64,000 nt of DNA, from contig NC_083233.1 of NCBI RefSeq assembly GCF_032191835.1, positions 9,858,001 through 9,922,000 on the forward strand. The letters are read 5' to 3'. Position 1 is the first letter of the stretch, and the number at the start of each line of letters is the position of its first letter. The notes under the pieces were generated by a model, which made no database searches, had not been told where the DNA came from, and saw only the letters and a program-made list of their open reading frames with translations. The position numbers and the translations under genes are program-made. Shown in pieces: positions 47,429 through 58,575 of this stretch. This DNA is from Heteronotia binoei (lineage: Eukaryota).

Positions 47429-48224
47429 TTTCCGGCGGTGATATTTGGGGGATTTTTGGGGACGTCACAGGAAGTGCTGTGAAGTCACTTCCTGTTTCCG
47501 GCAGGTGACGCTGGGGAAATGATGTCACAGGAAGTGATGCCACTTCCTGTTTCCGGTGGTGGCATGACATCACCGGAAGTGACGTCACTTCCTGTTTTCC
47601 CCCCCCCCCCCCCCCAGTGTCCCTGGCTGGCCTTCAGACATTATGGTCACCCTACGTGAGACTGTGTGTCCTATATGAACTTTTGTATATGAACTTGGAT
47701 TTCATCCGTGAAAGTGGACTGTCTTATTCTTGCAGTGGAACCTTTCCTTGAGAATGAAGTTATTTCCTACTGTGTGATGTGGTATTATATGTATTTAATT
47801 GAGAAACTGACACAGACTAAAGATTTCGTATTTTGTTTATTTTTCTGCATCCACCGCTGTTTGCTCTTCTGTATGTAAAATGTCAGCAGCACATCACGCA
47901 GGGGTTGCATCTGACTGCTTCTGAGTGACAAACCAAGGCAGTGACCTCATTAGCAAACATGGACTATAGATACTTTTCTGCATTTCTGCACAGAAACAAG
48001 CTAAAACATTTCCTGCATAAGAACTTGGGTTTCTATTAAGAAATCACTGTCACTATTGAAGTGTTTTATCCAGCAGCTAAACAGTTTGGCTTGTAAACTG
48101 CTGGAGTATGCTACCAGTGTGGAGCTGCTTCCGGAATTTGGGGTCCCTGGGCAGAGAATTCCTGGGGTGGGGAGCTTCCCACCTACTCCCCCATGTGTCT
48201 CACAACCTGCATGTGCTTTCTTGC

Positions 48225-48851
48225 AATGTCAAAAAGAGCCCTGCGGAGATGGAAAAGGAACAGAGGAGGGCAACTCAGATGGTTGGAGGGCTGGAGCACC
48301 TTGCCTAGGAAGAAAGGCTGAAGAGTCTGGGACTTTTCTGTTTAAACAAGAGATGACTAAGGGGATACACGAGAAAGGTTTATAAAGTTATGCACAGGGT
48401 GGAAAGAGTTGACAAAGAGAACTTTTTCTTTCTCTCCCGAAAGACTAGAACTCGAGGGCATCAAGTGAAGCTGAAGGGCAGGAGGTTGAGGATGGACAAA
48501 AGGCAATACGCCTTTATACAGAGAGTGATTAAAATGTGGCATTGGCTGCCAGAGGATGTTGTGATGGCCACAGGAATGAACAGCTTGGAAGGGGGAGCAG
48601 ATAGATCCAGGATGATGAGGCTGCCAATGGTCTACTCATGGCCACGGTGGCTGAGGGGGAACCGCCACATTCAGAGGCTCTAATCCTCTCAATGCCGGAG
48701 CCAGGAGACGACACTGGGGAAGGCCTCAGCCTCTCTGCCCTATGGTTGGTCATCCAGAGGAATCGGTTGGCTGCTTTGTGATTTGGGATGCTGGACTTAG
48801 ATGGACCCTTACTGGTGTGATCCAGCAGGGCTCTTCTGAGTTTCTTATGTT
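48225..48851 (+). mobile_element. Old CR1 3' fragment
   Basis: EKEQRRATQMVGGLEHL..EERL and YKVMHRVERVDKENFF..KTRTRGH translations. ttcttatg tail. Confidence 0.8.
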
Positions 48852-49256
48852 CCCTTGTCCTTCTCCTAAGCTCTCCCCTGGCCCACGGACACCTGCACTA
48901 CTCGCGGCCCTTTCCCTGATGGCCCTGGGCAGCGTGTTCAGTGGGTAGCAAACCCCTCAGAAGCGAGCAGGCGGGGCAAGAGCCAGCAGCATTGGGGCCT
49001 GCCAATGTTTCAGAGTCTGAAGCACATCTCTGCCAAAGACCTGGCCATTCCACTGCTGACATATTGTTTTATTCACGGCCCTCCCTGTGCCAGAGAGACT
49101 TGGCCTGCTAGAGGGGCTGGTGCAGCATCGGGGCTGGACTGTCAGACTTGAAGGCAGGATGGCTGGATTCCAGCTCCCTCGTGGGGGCACCCTGGGCCTC
49201 TCACCATTTCTCAGCCTGGCCTGCTTCATAAGGCTGTGGTTGGGGGGACTGAGCAG

Positions 49257-49533
49257 AGGAAGAAGATATTGGATTTATATCCCGCCCTCCACTCCGAAGA
49301 GTCTCAGAGCGGCTCACAATCTCCTTTACCTTCCTCTCCCACAACAGACACCCCGTGAAGTGGGTGGGACTGGAGAGGGCTCTCACAGCAGCTGCCCTTT
49401 CAAGGACAACCTCTGCCAGAGCTATGGCTGACCCAAGGCCATTCCAGCAGCTGCAAGTGGAGGAGTGGGGAATCAAACCCGGTTCTCCCAGATAAGAGTC
49501 TGCACACTTAACCACTACACCAAACTGGCTCTC
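49257..49533 (-). mobile_element. tRNA-derived SINE family A, single 3' module
   Basis: Near-identical to the other family A copies. Confidence 0.9.
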
Positions 49534-52500
49534 CCTCCAGGAAGGAGGGGGGGAGGAGGCCAGCAGCTGCTTTGGGCCCTGAGAAGGGAGAAAAGCAGAA
49601 TGTAAAATAAATGAATACTGATTTTCACGTTCACGTCATTTCTCACAAGAGTGCAATCCACCTGTCTTGGCCTGCCTGACCACTGTGTCTCTTTCATCTG
49701 CAAAGAATGACTTGAGCAGAGGGATGAAAAAAGGATGCCGGGAAACCGAGTGCAGAGGGAAGAATCACGCATGCGAAGGCAGTGGCTGCTTTGTCTTTCT
49801 TTGGAGTGCCCTGCTGTTGCTCAGCAGCTGTGGAGGAGGCTGCTCGTGAACCAGCCACTCTCTGGGAACTCAGACCCGGTGTGTCCACAGGCTTCCGGTT
49901 CTCTGAGATTTCTTCCACCGCAGGGCACAGCAGTTCTCCTTCTCATCATTCCTTGCTTAGTATAAGGACACTTGTGACTGAGGGACCTCTAGTGAGGCCT
50001 GGCTCAAACTGAGCACCCTCGGGTCTCTTCCAATCTGGGTCCTGGGCTGCCTGGGCCCTAGTGAGGTCTTCACCATGGGGTGTTTGTCCCTTTGACCTGG
50101 CCCCGTCTGATCTTTTTAAGGCTGGCCAGCACTGGTTGTTCACGAGTCAGGACTCTATGACTGCCAAGACTGCCCTGTTGACTTCCAAGCAGGCTGATTC
50201 TGTCGGGAAGCCTTTTCAGTGTCTGAAGCACATCTCTGCCAAAGACCTGGCCATTCCACTGCTTACATATTGTTTTATTCAGTAATAAAATAGTATCGAT
50301 CTGTTTCCACACAGCATCATGTGCATGATCCATAAACACATTTTCAAAATACCTCTGTAGCAATTAAACAGACGCTTACTAAGAATGTCCTGGGGAAAAT
50401 CCAGAGTTTATTGTTTGTGGGGAGCCTTGTGATGCCCCAAAGAGTCTTTGTCTCGCAACAGTTTTGGAAAGGAGACTTGTCTTTGCTCTGGAAGACAACC
50501 ATGTGGAATTCTCACAGCATCGCAGATCATTGGAAAATACACATTGCACCGACTCGTGGTGGTTTGCAAGCAAGCTATATAGTTCAGCAGGGTGAAAACC
50601 TGCTGAACGCACACAAACATCTATGCATTTATACATGTTTTCTACTTTTTAAAATAAGCACAGCTATTTATTTTGATGTTGCATCTAATGCTCCAGTGTA
50701 AACAAAATTCCTTGAGTATTGTGTCATTGAGTTTGATCCTCCCTACCCTTTGGACTGGCGAAAAAGTTGGGCCAGGGTCATGGGACCTACATGGGCAAAG
50801 GCCGCATGGGACAGGTGCCTGAGGAAAGATGAGAACTGGGCAGGGCTGAGCAGAAAAACTGGCAGGATCTATCTGTCTACCTTTTGTCTTTTGCAAGTTG
50901 GAAAGGAAAACAAACCTGGCACTACAAGCTTAGTTAAAAGGAACAGCAAACACCGTTTGGGTAGAAATTAGGATGACAAAAATCAGTTGATTAATTGAAC
51001 AGGTTCTAATTGATTAGAGCCTGCAATAATATATGTGCAGGTTAGATCTTAGAAGAGGCATTTCTTTCTGATTGACAAAGAAAAATACTTCTAAATTAGC
51101 ACCTGACATACATGATTGTTGTAAGTTCTTGTATTACAGATCACTCTTTCCCCCTCTTAAGCAGCTGCCTGTTTAATAGGATGTGCTTTTTAGTCAATCA
51201 AGCAGTTCTTATTAATTGAACTGGACAGTTGACCTTGTTAGTGCAGCTCTGTTAAAAATGTATGTTTGGATTGCTGTTGGCCCCGTAAGTAAGAGTTTAT
51301 CCCCTGCCTTTCAGAAGGCTCTTGTATCTCAGACTGGCACAGGATGGGATCCCAGGAGCTGCTCTGGACATGCTTGTGGGGATTTTAGACTTTGTTTCTT
51401 CCACCAATGTGCTCTCGGGCCCAGTTACCAACTGCTTTTGAATGCACTCTCTCCACAGCGGTATGATGGGGGCCAAGTAGGGAAGGGGGGAAGCTGTCTG
51501 GGCTTGTGTTTCAAAACAGCCCCCACCTGCCCACATAGCATAGTATATGCCAAGATGCTAGTCCTCCTGGGCATGTAAGAACTAAGTGCCTGTATTGATG
51601 AATCCCAGCAGCAGCTTATGAACACTGACCTTAAAACGAAAGATACTTGAAGCCCTCCTTCTGTGAAAGAGATCACATGATTACTTGCCGTTTGCTGTGG
51701 ATTAGGGCTTTAGTGAGCCACTGCGACGGGGTGAATATCTACGTTAATTAAAAGATATATTGGTTTCTGCTACAAAACGAGGAGACATCGCTGGTTGCTT
51801 GATCTCACAAACCCTGGAAAAGCAGAATTGCATCGAAAAGAAATGCAGTGTTCACATTCTGGTAGAAATTCTGTAGTTGTATCTATCTCTTATCAGGCGG
51901 GGGGGGGGGACATTTTTAAGCAAAAGGAATCTCTGTACAGAGAACAAAGATTTCTCATCTTGTATTGACAGTTCCTATATAAGAAATTGGTGTGTTAATA
52001 CACCCTTAATTTACAGTGACATTTGTATGCAGTTGGAATTTCTGTTGAAGTTGGGATAGGGCTGCCTTATGAGGTTACTCCAAATGCTAACTTGCTGGGT
52101 AGAATCCTGCTGTCTTGGATCAGGCCTGCTCCCCTCCCTTTCAGGGAATGTATCCTTTGCTGCGTCAGATCAGGCCAAGCTGACCCGTGGCACTCTACCA
52201 TCTGGAGATGAAGGAAAACTTGCAATTCTCAAGCTAGCATTTCTGTAACACGCCTTAGTTCAGACTTTGGGACTATTTCAGTGCAGCCAGTTTGAAAATG
52301 CAAATTAAAAAGTCATGTTTGAAGACTGCGGCCTGCTAATGCAGCAGTAGTCAATAAAACTGGAGCAGCTTTGCCACGCAATGGCAATATGTTTTGATAA
52401 AGATAACACAGCAAGACGGTGGGCAAACGTGAAACCATTAATGAGTATTACCCGTTGGGTCAAACAATGGAAGTGAGTGCTTGGTTGCTATGCCAGTATT

Positions 52501-52597
52501 ATCTTTCAAGGCCCCACCCCCCTATCCTTTTCCATTTCTGAGTAATAGAGACATATTACGTACAAGCTTAGATTGATGTTTCCCTTTTACGTTGTCT

Positions 52598-52968
52598 TTA
52601 CGAAACAAGTCTCGATGTGCTTTGAAACACATTTTTGTCATGGTCCCTCTGGTATTCCTCATGGGCTTTCTGCAGCCTTTTCCCCCTCAGTTTCCATTTG
52701 TGGAAGCAGTATGTCACCAGGGACATGGTTATCAAGGAGAAGAGGAGAACCAGCACCACGGCCAGCGCCACAGCAGAGGACAGGGACTCCTCCAGCTGTT
52801 GGGCTCGGGTGTCTCTTGTGTTATTCAGGATGGCAGATGTCTCGTGTTCCTTGGCTGCTAAAAACTCAGAGATGGGTGTCTCGCTAGACTTGGGCCTCAT
52901 TGGGATTCCGTGAAATGCTTTCTTCGTAGTCTGCGGTTCTTTCCAAGAAGTGTATGCTCTCTTAAGGC
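52598..52968 (-). CDS. Terminal exon of an unidentified single-pass membrane protein
   Basis: CTGCAG acceptor at 52969 and an open frame to TAA. NNT sequon, a ~24-aa hydrophobic helix (AVALAVVLVLLFSLITMSLVTYCF), then a basic stop-transfer segment (HKWKLRGKR). Lies in non-repetitive sequence. Confidence 0.7.
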
Positions 52969-53458
52969 CTGCAGCTTTGGAGGGTAAACTTCATATGAAC
53001 TGCCTTACATTGAATTGGAATCAGACCCTTGATATCCAGCTTTTGATTTGCAACAGCTCCCCAGGCTCTCCAGCTGAGGAGGGCCTTTCTCAACATCTGA
53101 GATCCTTTTAACTGGAGATGCTGCGGGGTTTGTGTGTGTGTGTGTGTTCAACTGGAGCTCTTTCAGCATGCAAGCCAACAGCCCTCCCCCAAAAGTTCTT
53201 CTTTCTATTAAAGTCCACAAAGTCACAAACAGAACCAAATTCCACAAGACAAGTTGTGTATCCAAACAGTGCGGGCTTTCTTGGTGTTAGGGAAATTGAT
53301 TGGGAGACTCTTCAGGGTTCGTTTGTGTTGGGAATGTTAACCGGGACACAGATGGTTATCCAGGGAGTTTGGAGAGAACTGACTAGAGCTTAGGGCACCA
53401 CTGAGGTCGTCCCAATCTGAGGTGCAGCTAAAAACATGCTTGATCTTCTATGACTCAC

Positions 53459-53519
53459 AGAAGATTCCTTTACGGGGAGCAGTTCCAGGGAGGACACTTT
53501 CCTTTAGATGTTGGAGCAT
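53459..53519 (-). CDS. Probable start-codon portion of the upstream exon (exon 53652-53459) of the same gene: MLQHLKESVLPGTAPRKGIF
   Basis: Strong acceptor (CTAAC branch point, pyrimidine tract, TAG at 53653) and TCT|GTGAGT donor. ATG with A at -3 gives phase 1, matching the terminal exon (143 aa in total). Start choice is inferred. Confidence 0.45.
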
Positions 53520-53852
53520 AGTTGCTGTCTTCAGTCATTTCGGAACTTTTCCACACCGTTTCTCTGGCTCTTGAATATGGAAAGTTCTTTTTCCCCCCAT
53601 TCCAGGCTTCTTGTAAAGTTAGCGTCGCCACTGTCACCACAATTTTGTGACCCTAGAAAATGAAAGAAGAGGGCAGGGTTAGTCCACACAGTGGTTATTT
53701 CATCTCACAATGGAAGGTCTATCTCACACTGTAGATTCTATGGTGAATTGTTTGCATCAGAAAGTGGTGTGAAAACCAAGAGTGGCCAAAGTTGTTTGAC
53801 TTAGGAGCTACATAGTGTGGACGTCAGGTGTTTGAGAGTTGCAAGACAACTC

Positions 53853-54173
53853 TCAAGCATCTGACGTTTGTTCTATGTGGCTCTTACACTGAGCAAGTTT
53901 GGCCACCCCTGCCTTAGACCATTTGATTCTTTCATAGCCAGAATCTGAGGCCAATTCTGTGACAAACTTATTAGGTAAGTAGACTGTTTGGTTCTTGGTC
54001 TCTAAAATCAAGGCAATCGGTAAATAGTCACTATCTAGACTTGTCTCTACCATTAAGTGGGCCACAGAGTCAAGCAGATTATGTGAAACCATAACCAAAT
54101 CAATAGCACTGGCTCTATGACCTAACCAATAAGTAAGCTCTCTGGGAAAATATCCTGTGACTGCACCATTCAA
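53853..54173 (-). mobile_element. Ancient LINE APE-endonuclease fragment
   Basis: SAIDLVMVS...DSDYLPI resembles the conserved APE S.ID...SDH motifs. Confidence 0.55.
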
Positions 54174-54278
54174 AATAAAGAGATCTAGTCTCTTAGTTTG
54201 TTGGGCTAAGTGAAGCCCTTTCCAATAGGTTTTAGGCTACCTGGGGGAAAGGAGATCTACTCTACAGGCCAAACTTGG

Positions 54279-54495
54279 GGAGGGACGGTGGCTCAGTGGT
54301 AGAGCATCTGCTTGGGAAGCAGAAGGTCCCAGGTTCAATCCCTGGCATCTCCAACTAGAAGGGGTCCAGGTAAGTAGGCATGAAAATCCTCAGCTTGAGA
54401 CCCTGGAGAGCCGCTGCCAGTCTGAGAAGACAATACTGACTTTGATGGACCCAGGGTCTGATTCAGTATAAGGCAGCTTCATATGTTCATATGTT
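54279..54495 (+). mobile_element. tRNA-derived SINE family B
   Basis: Complete A/B-box head and (TATGTTCA)n tail. Confidence 0.88.
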
Positions 54496-54685
54496 CAAGG
54501 TCCAAATTTGTCTAGTTGAAGTACAACACTTTTGTAGTTAGATGATAGGTTTTTTCTTGTACATTCAGAATTGGCCCCCTCCCCTGGCTTTAAAATGCTC
54601 ATGGCCATTTTCCTTCTTTCTCTTTGCCCTCACTGTCCTTGACCTCATTTGCTCATCCATTCCCAGGGCTGCACACATGGACACA

Positions 54686-54892
54686 TGAAGCTGCCGCTGC
54701 CTTATATGGAATCAGACCCTTGGTGCATCAAAGTCAGCATTGTCTACTGAGAGTGGCAGCAGCTCTTCAATGGTCTCAGGTGGAGGCCTTTCCCATCACC
54801 TTCTACCTGGTCTTTTTAACTGGCGATGCCAGGGATTGAACCTGGGACCTTCTTCATGCCAAGCAGATGCTCTACTACTGAGCTATGGCCCC
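54686..54892 (-). mobile_element. tRNA-derived SINE family B, diverged
   Basis: Reverse-orientation copy of the same family. Confidence 0.8.
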
Positions 54893-55710
54893 TCCATCAA
54901 GTCTGGAACCCACAGTCTTTGTAAGAATCTGGATCAGGCAAGATAAAGAAAAATAACCTAGAACAGCAGCCCAAGCAGAATATGAATAAGGGATAGCATT
55001 GAGGCAGTTTGAATGTCCAATGTTGGGTGGGGCAGAGTGAGGGTATTTTGTTCTGCTGTGCTGTTCCAGCGTCAAGGCTAACACTCAGCCGCCCTGAGCC
55101 ACTTGTGGGAAGGGCGGGATATAAATCCTAAATAAATAAATAAATTCTTTCCCAGGCATCTGCTCCTAAGTGTTTGCTTTGATTTTAATAAAAATACAGT
55201 TGGAATTAATCCTGCGTACGAAAAATCATAGGCGCTCAACCTTACAAGGTTCTGTTTTGCTCATTAGCTGCACATCGAAGAGATCTCTGGCTCTAATAAA
55301 GAGTGTTTACTAGAGATTAGCATTCTGTTGATGCAAAGAGTTGATTCATTGCCAGTCAGGAACAATATGGTCAAAAGGAAAAACATATTTCAGAAGGAAG
55401 TTTCAAGCTCTTGCTTTCTAAGCCACTGCAAAGGACTTTGCAAAGATGTGTTTGTAATGCTGATTGAGACCATGGTGCATCTCAATGTGTTTCAGGTGGA
55501 GAATGTTGCCACATTGGTGGGGCTTTATTCTTCCTGACACACTGCTGGTGGACATCAGTGAAAAGGTTTGAGGGGATCGGTTGCCAACACCACAGGAAAC
55601 AGGAGGCAAGAACTGCTATGGTCTACCTTAAGGACAGGGCAGTTCCTCTGGTTTGTTTTTGTAAGGCACCAAAACCCTCTGACTCATCTGGAAGAAGAAG
55701 AAGAAGATAT

Positions 55711-56181
55711 TGGATTTATATCCCACCCTCCACCCCAAAGAGTCTCAGAGCGGCTCACAATCTCCTTTACCTTCCTCCCCCACAACAGACACCCTGTGAG
55801 GTAGATGAAGATATTGGATTTATATCCCGCCCTCCACTCCGAAGAGTCTCAGAGCGGCTCACAATCTCCTTTACCTTCACCCCCCACAACAGACAACCTG
55901 TGAGGTAGATGGAGATATAGGATTTATATCCCGCCCTCCACTCCAAAGAGTCTCAGAGCGGCTCACAATCTCCTTTCCCTTCCTCCCCCACAACAGACAC
56001 CCTGTGAGGTGGGTGGGGCTGGAGAGGGCTCTCCCAGCAGCTGCCCTTTCAAGGACAACCTCTGCCAGAGCTATGGCTGACCCAAGGCCATTCCAGCAGG
56101 TGCAAGTGGAGGAGTGGGGAATCAAACCTGGTTCTCCCAGGTAAGAGTCTGCACACTTAACCACTACACCAAACTGGCTCT
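55711..56181 (-). mobile_element. tRNA-derived SINE family A with three 3' modules
   Basis: Three gatttatatccc modules, then the body and head. Confidence 0.9.
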
Positions 56182-56360
56182 AAACCAAACTGGAGGCTTG
56201 CAGATGATGGTGATGGGTCAGCTTCTTTAACGTTTGAAGTGTGATGACACAGCATCTTCAGTGTGGTTTGAAAATGATTTTGCTTCCCTGAATATACACT
56301 TTGGGAGGCAGGGGAAGTGTCCTGAAGTGAGTTCTAAAGGAATAACTTGAGTCATTTTCC

Positions 56361-56750
56361 AGCCAGTTTGGTGTAGTGGTTAAGTGTGCGGACTCTTATC
56401 TGGGAGAACCGGGTTTGATTCCCCACTCCTCCACTTGCACCTGCTAGCATGGCCTTGGGTCAGCCATAGCTCTGGCAGAGGTTGTCCTTGAAAGGGCAGC
56501 TGCTGTGAGAGCCCTCTCCAGCCCCACCCACCTCACAGGGTGTCTGTTGTGGGGGAGGAAGGGAAAGGAGATTGTGAGCCGCTCTGAGACTCTTCACAGT
56601 GGAGGGCGGGATATAAATCCAATATCTTCATCTACCTCACAGGGTGTCTGTTGTGGGGGAGGAAGGGAAAGGAGATTGTGAGCCGCTCTGAGACTCTTCG
56701 GAGTGGAGGGCGGGATATAAATCCAATATCTTCTTCTTCTTCTTCTTCTT
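56361..56750 (+). mobile_element. tRNA-derived SINE family A with two 3' modules
   Basis: Head at 56361, two modules and a (TCT)n tail. Confidence 0.9.
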
Positions 56751-56864
56751 TCCAAATAACTTGTGGCTCTGTGACTTTGGGGTCATTCCTAGCTCAATGG
56801 GAATGCCACTCATGGAGTGACTGTGTAGAAAAAAACTGACATGATGGAAAGAATTAGAGCAATG

Positions 56865-57945
56865 TTTGAGTCCAGTGGCACCTTTAAGACCAACAAAGTT
56901 TTATTCAAGGTAGGAGCATAACAACAGGGTCTCTGTTAATGACTCTCAACATCCCACAATTAAGAAGGATACTTCTACACATCAGCCTCCAATTTTGATA
57001 GATTTATTTGCTTCATCGTGTTTTCTTTCAGCATTAAATCCAAACAATTGGTGACCACCTGATATTACAACCACGCAAAATATGCTTAACAATTTGCAGC
57101 TTCAGGGACCAGACTCCATCCTGGAACTCCAAATTTCTGGTGTCAAGGCATCTTAAGTCACTTCTAGCAACTAAGCAGGTTGACCTGGAATCAGTAGAGC
57201 TGTTGAACAATACCAACCAGGCATTAAAGGTCCTGCTAACTTTCAGCAGCATGAAAATTCCACAGCTTCTCCTAATTAGGAAATCTTCCCTTTGCTCCAA
57301 AGGTGTCTTCCCTGTAAGTCTTCCAGAACATCTCAGTTGCTCCACTTTTTCCATCAGTGTCCATAGCCACTCGGTCTGGGCAAAGGGAAACTACCATCAA
57401 AAGCACCTCTAAGCCTGCTGTTGCTATCAAAGGAAACAGCACTCCACCAAACAAGGCTATGCCAAATGACCTAATTAATTGGACGGAACCTGTTGAGTCT
57501 CCTCGCCTCCTGGGTGAGAACCCTGTGGGCCAGCCTGACTTGGAGGGTGACCTGGTTGCTTACAAAAACCTGAGCAACAACTAATTACAGCCAGGTTAGA
57601 AGAATTGAAATCCTGCTTATTGTCCTACCAAAATAAGAATGAGAAGTGTCTGACTCCTCCCCTCCTGCAAGACTCTACTACTATGCCTACATGTCCCATG
57701 TCCACCCAACTGGTGACCATATAAATTTAGCTTGGTATTCCTTCTATCTGTTAAAATGCCTTCATTATGTTGTATGCTAATTTGCTGTTCACCCTCTAGC
57801 TATTTGTATGGACCGGTAACTTCCATTTCAATGCATCTGAAGAAATGTGCTTGCACCTGAAAGCTCATCCCTCGAATTAGCATTTATGAGACTCAAACTG
57901 TGTTTTACTGCTTCAGACCCACACGGCTGCCCACCTGGATCCATC
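56865..57945 (+). mobile_element. 5'-truncated Penelope-like element with an inverted 5' pLTR fragment and a degenerate internal region
   Basis: Inverted tgagtccagtggcacctttaagaccaacaaagttttattc at 56870-56910. 3' pLTR with ctgaaga..gaaagctc, ending cacggctgcccacctggat. The interior only weakly resembles a GIY-YIG region. Confidence 0.55.
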
Positions 57946-58344
57946 TTTATGGAGAGGATTATGAGGAAAGGGATAGAAAGAGAAACAGCAGTATCCCACT
58001 GACACATTGCATAGATTATTGCTGTTGTCGCATTTGGGGCGGTGGGCAGATCATGAGAAGGAGGGCAGGGAGGGCAGCATCAGTGCTTAGTTCTCACAGC
58101 CATTTCTTACATGCCCAGGGAAATGCTGTTCATCACTTAGGGGGTCAGGCAGCAATTTTTCTCCAGGCTTTCTTCTTCTGTCCCCCATTTTATCCTCACA
58201 AGAACAGCCCTATGAGGTAGGTTAGAATGAGAGGCTCAAGGCAAGCTCCCATGGCAGAGGGGGGATTCGAACCTAGGCCTCCCAGATCTTAGTCCTACTA
58301 CACCACCATACACCATTCAATAATGTCATCCCAGCACTGATAAT

Positions 58345-58575
58345 GCTGTACAACTTCCTGACCGTTAGAGCGGTTCCTCAGTGGAACAGGCTTCCTCAGG
58401 AGGCGGTGGGCTCTCCTTCCTTGAAGGTTTTTAAACAGAAGCTAGACGGCCATCTGACAGCAATGAAGATCCTGTGATTTTAGGTGGAGATGTTTGTGAG
58501 TTTCCTGCATTGTTCAGGGGGCTGGACTAGATGGCCCTGGAGGTCCCTTCCAACTCTATGATTCTGTGATTCTAA
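58345..58575 (+). mobile_element. CR1 3' fragment (ATTCTRTG tail)
   Basis: Same subfamily as 14865-15025. Confidence 0.8.

Larger units (their letters stand above)
43765..47654. mobile_element. Composite hAT-like non-autonomous element spanning the assembly gap
   Basis: TAGGGTGGCCA...TGGTCACCCTA termini. CGTGAG duplicated on both sides. The host foldback arm resumes in register. Confidence 0.7.
43148..47868. repeat. Long foldback (arms ~370 bp, spacer ~78 bp) whose right arm is split by the hAT-like insertion
   Basis: Left arm 43148-43515 is the reverse complement of 43594-43764 plus 47655-47868 (roughly 85% by eye). Confidence 0.85.
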
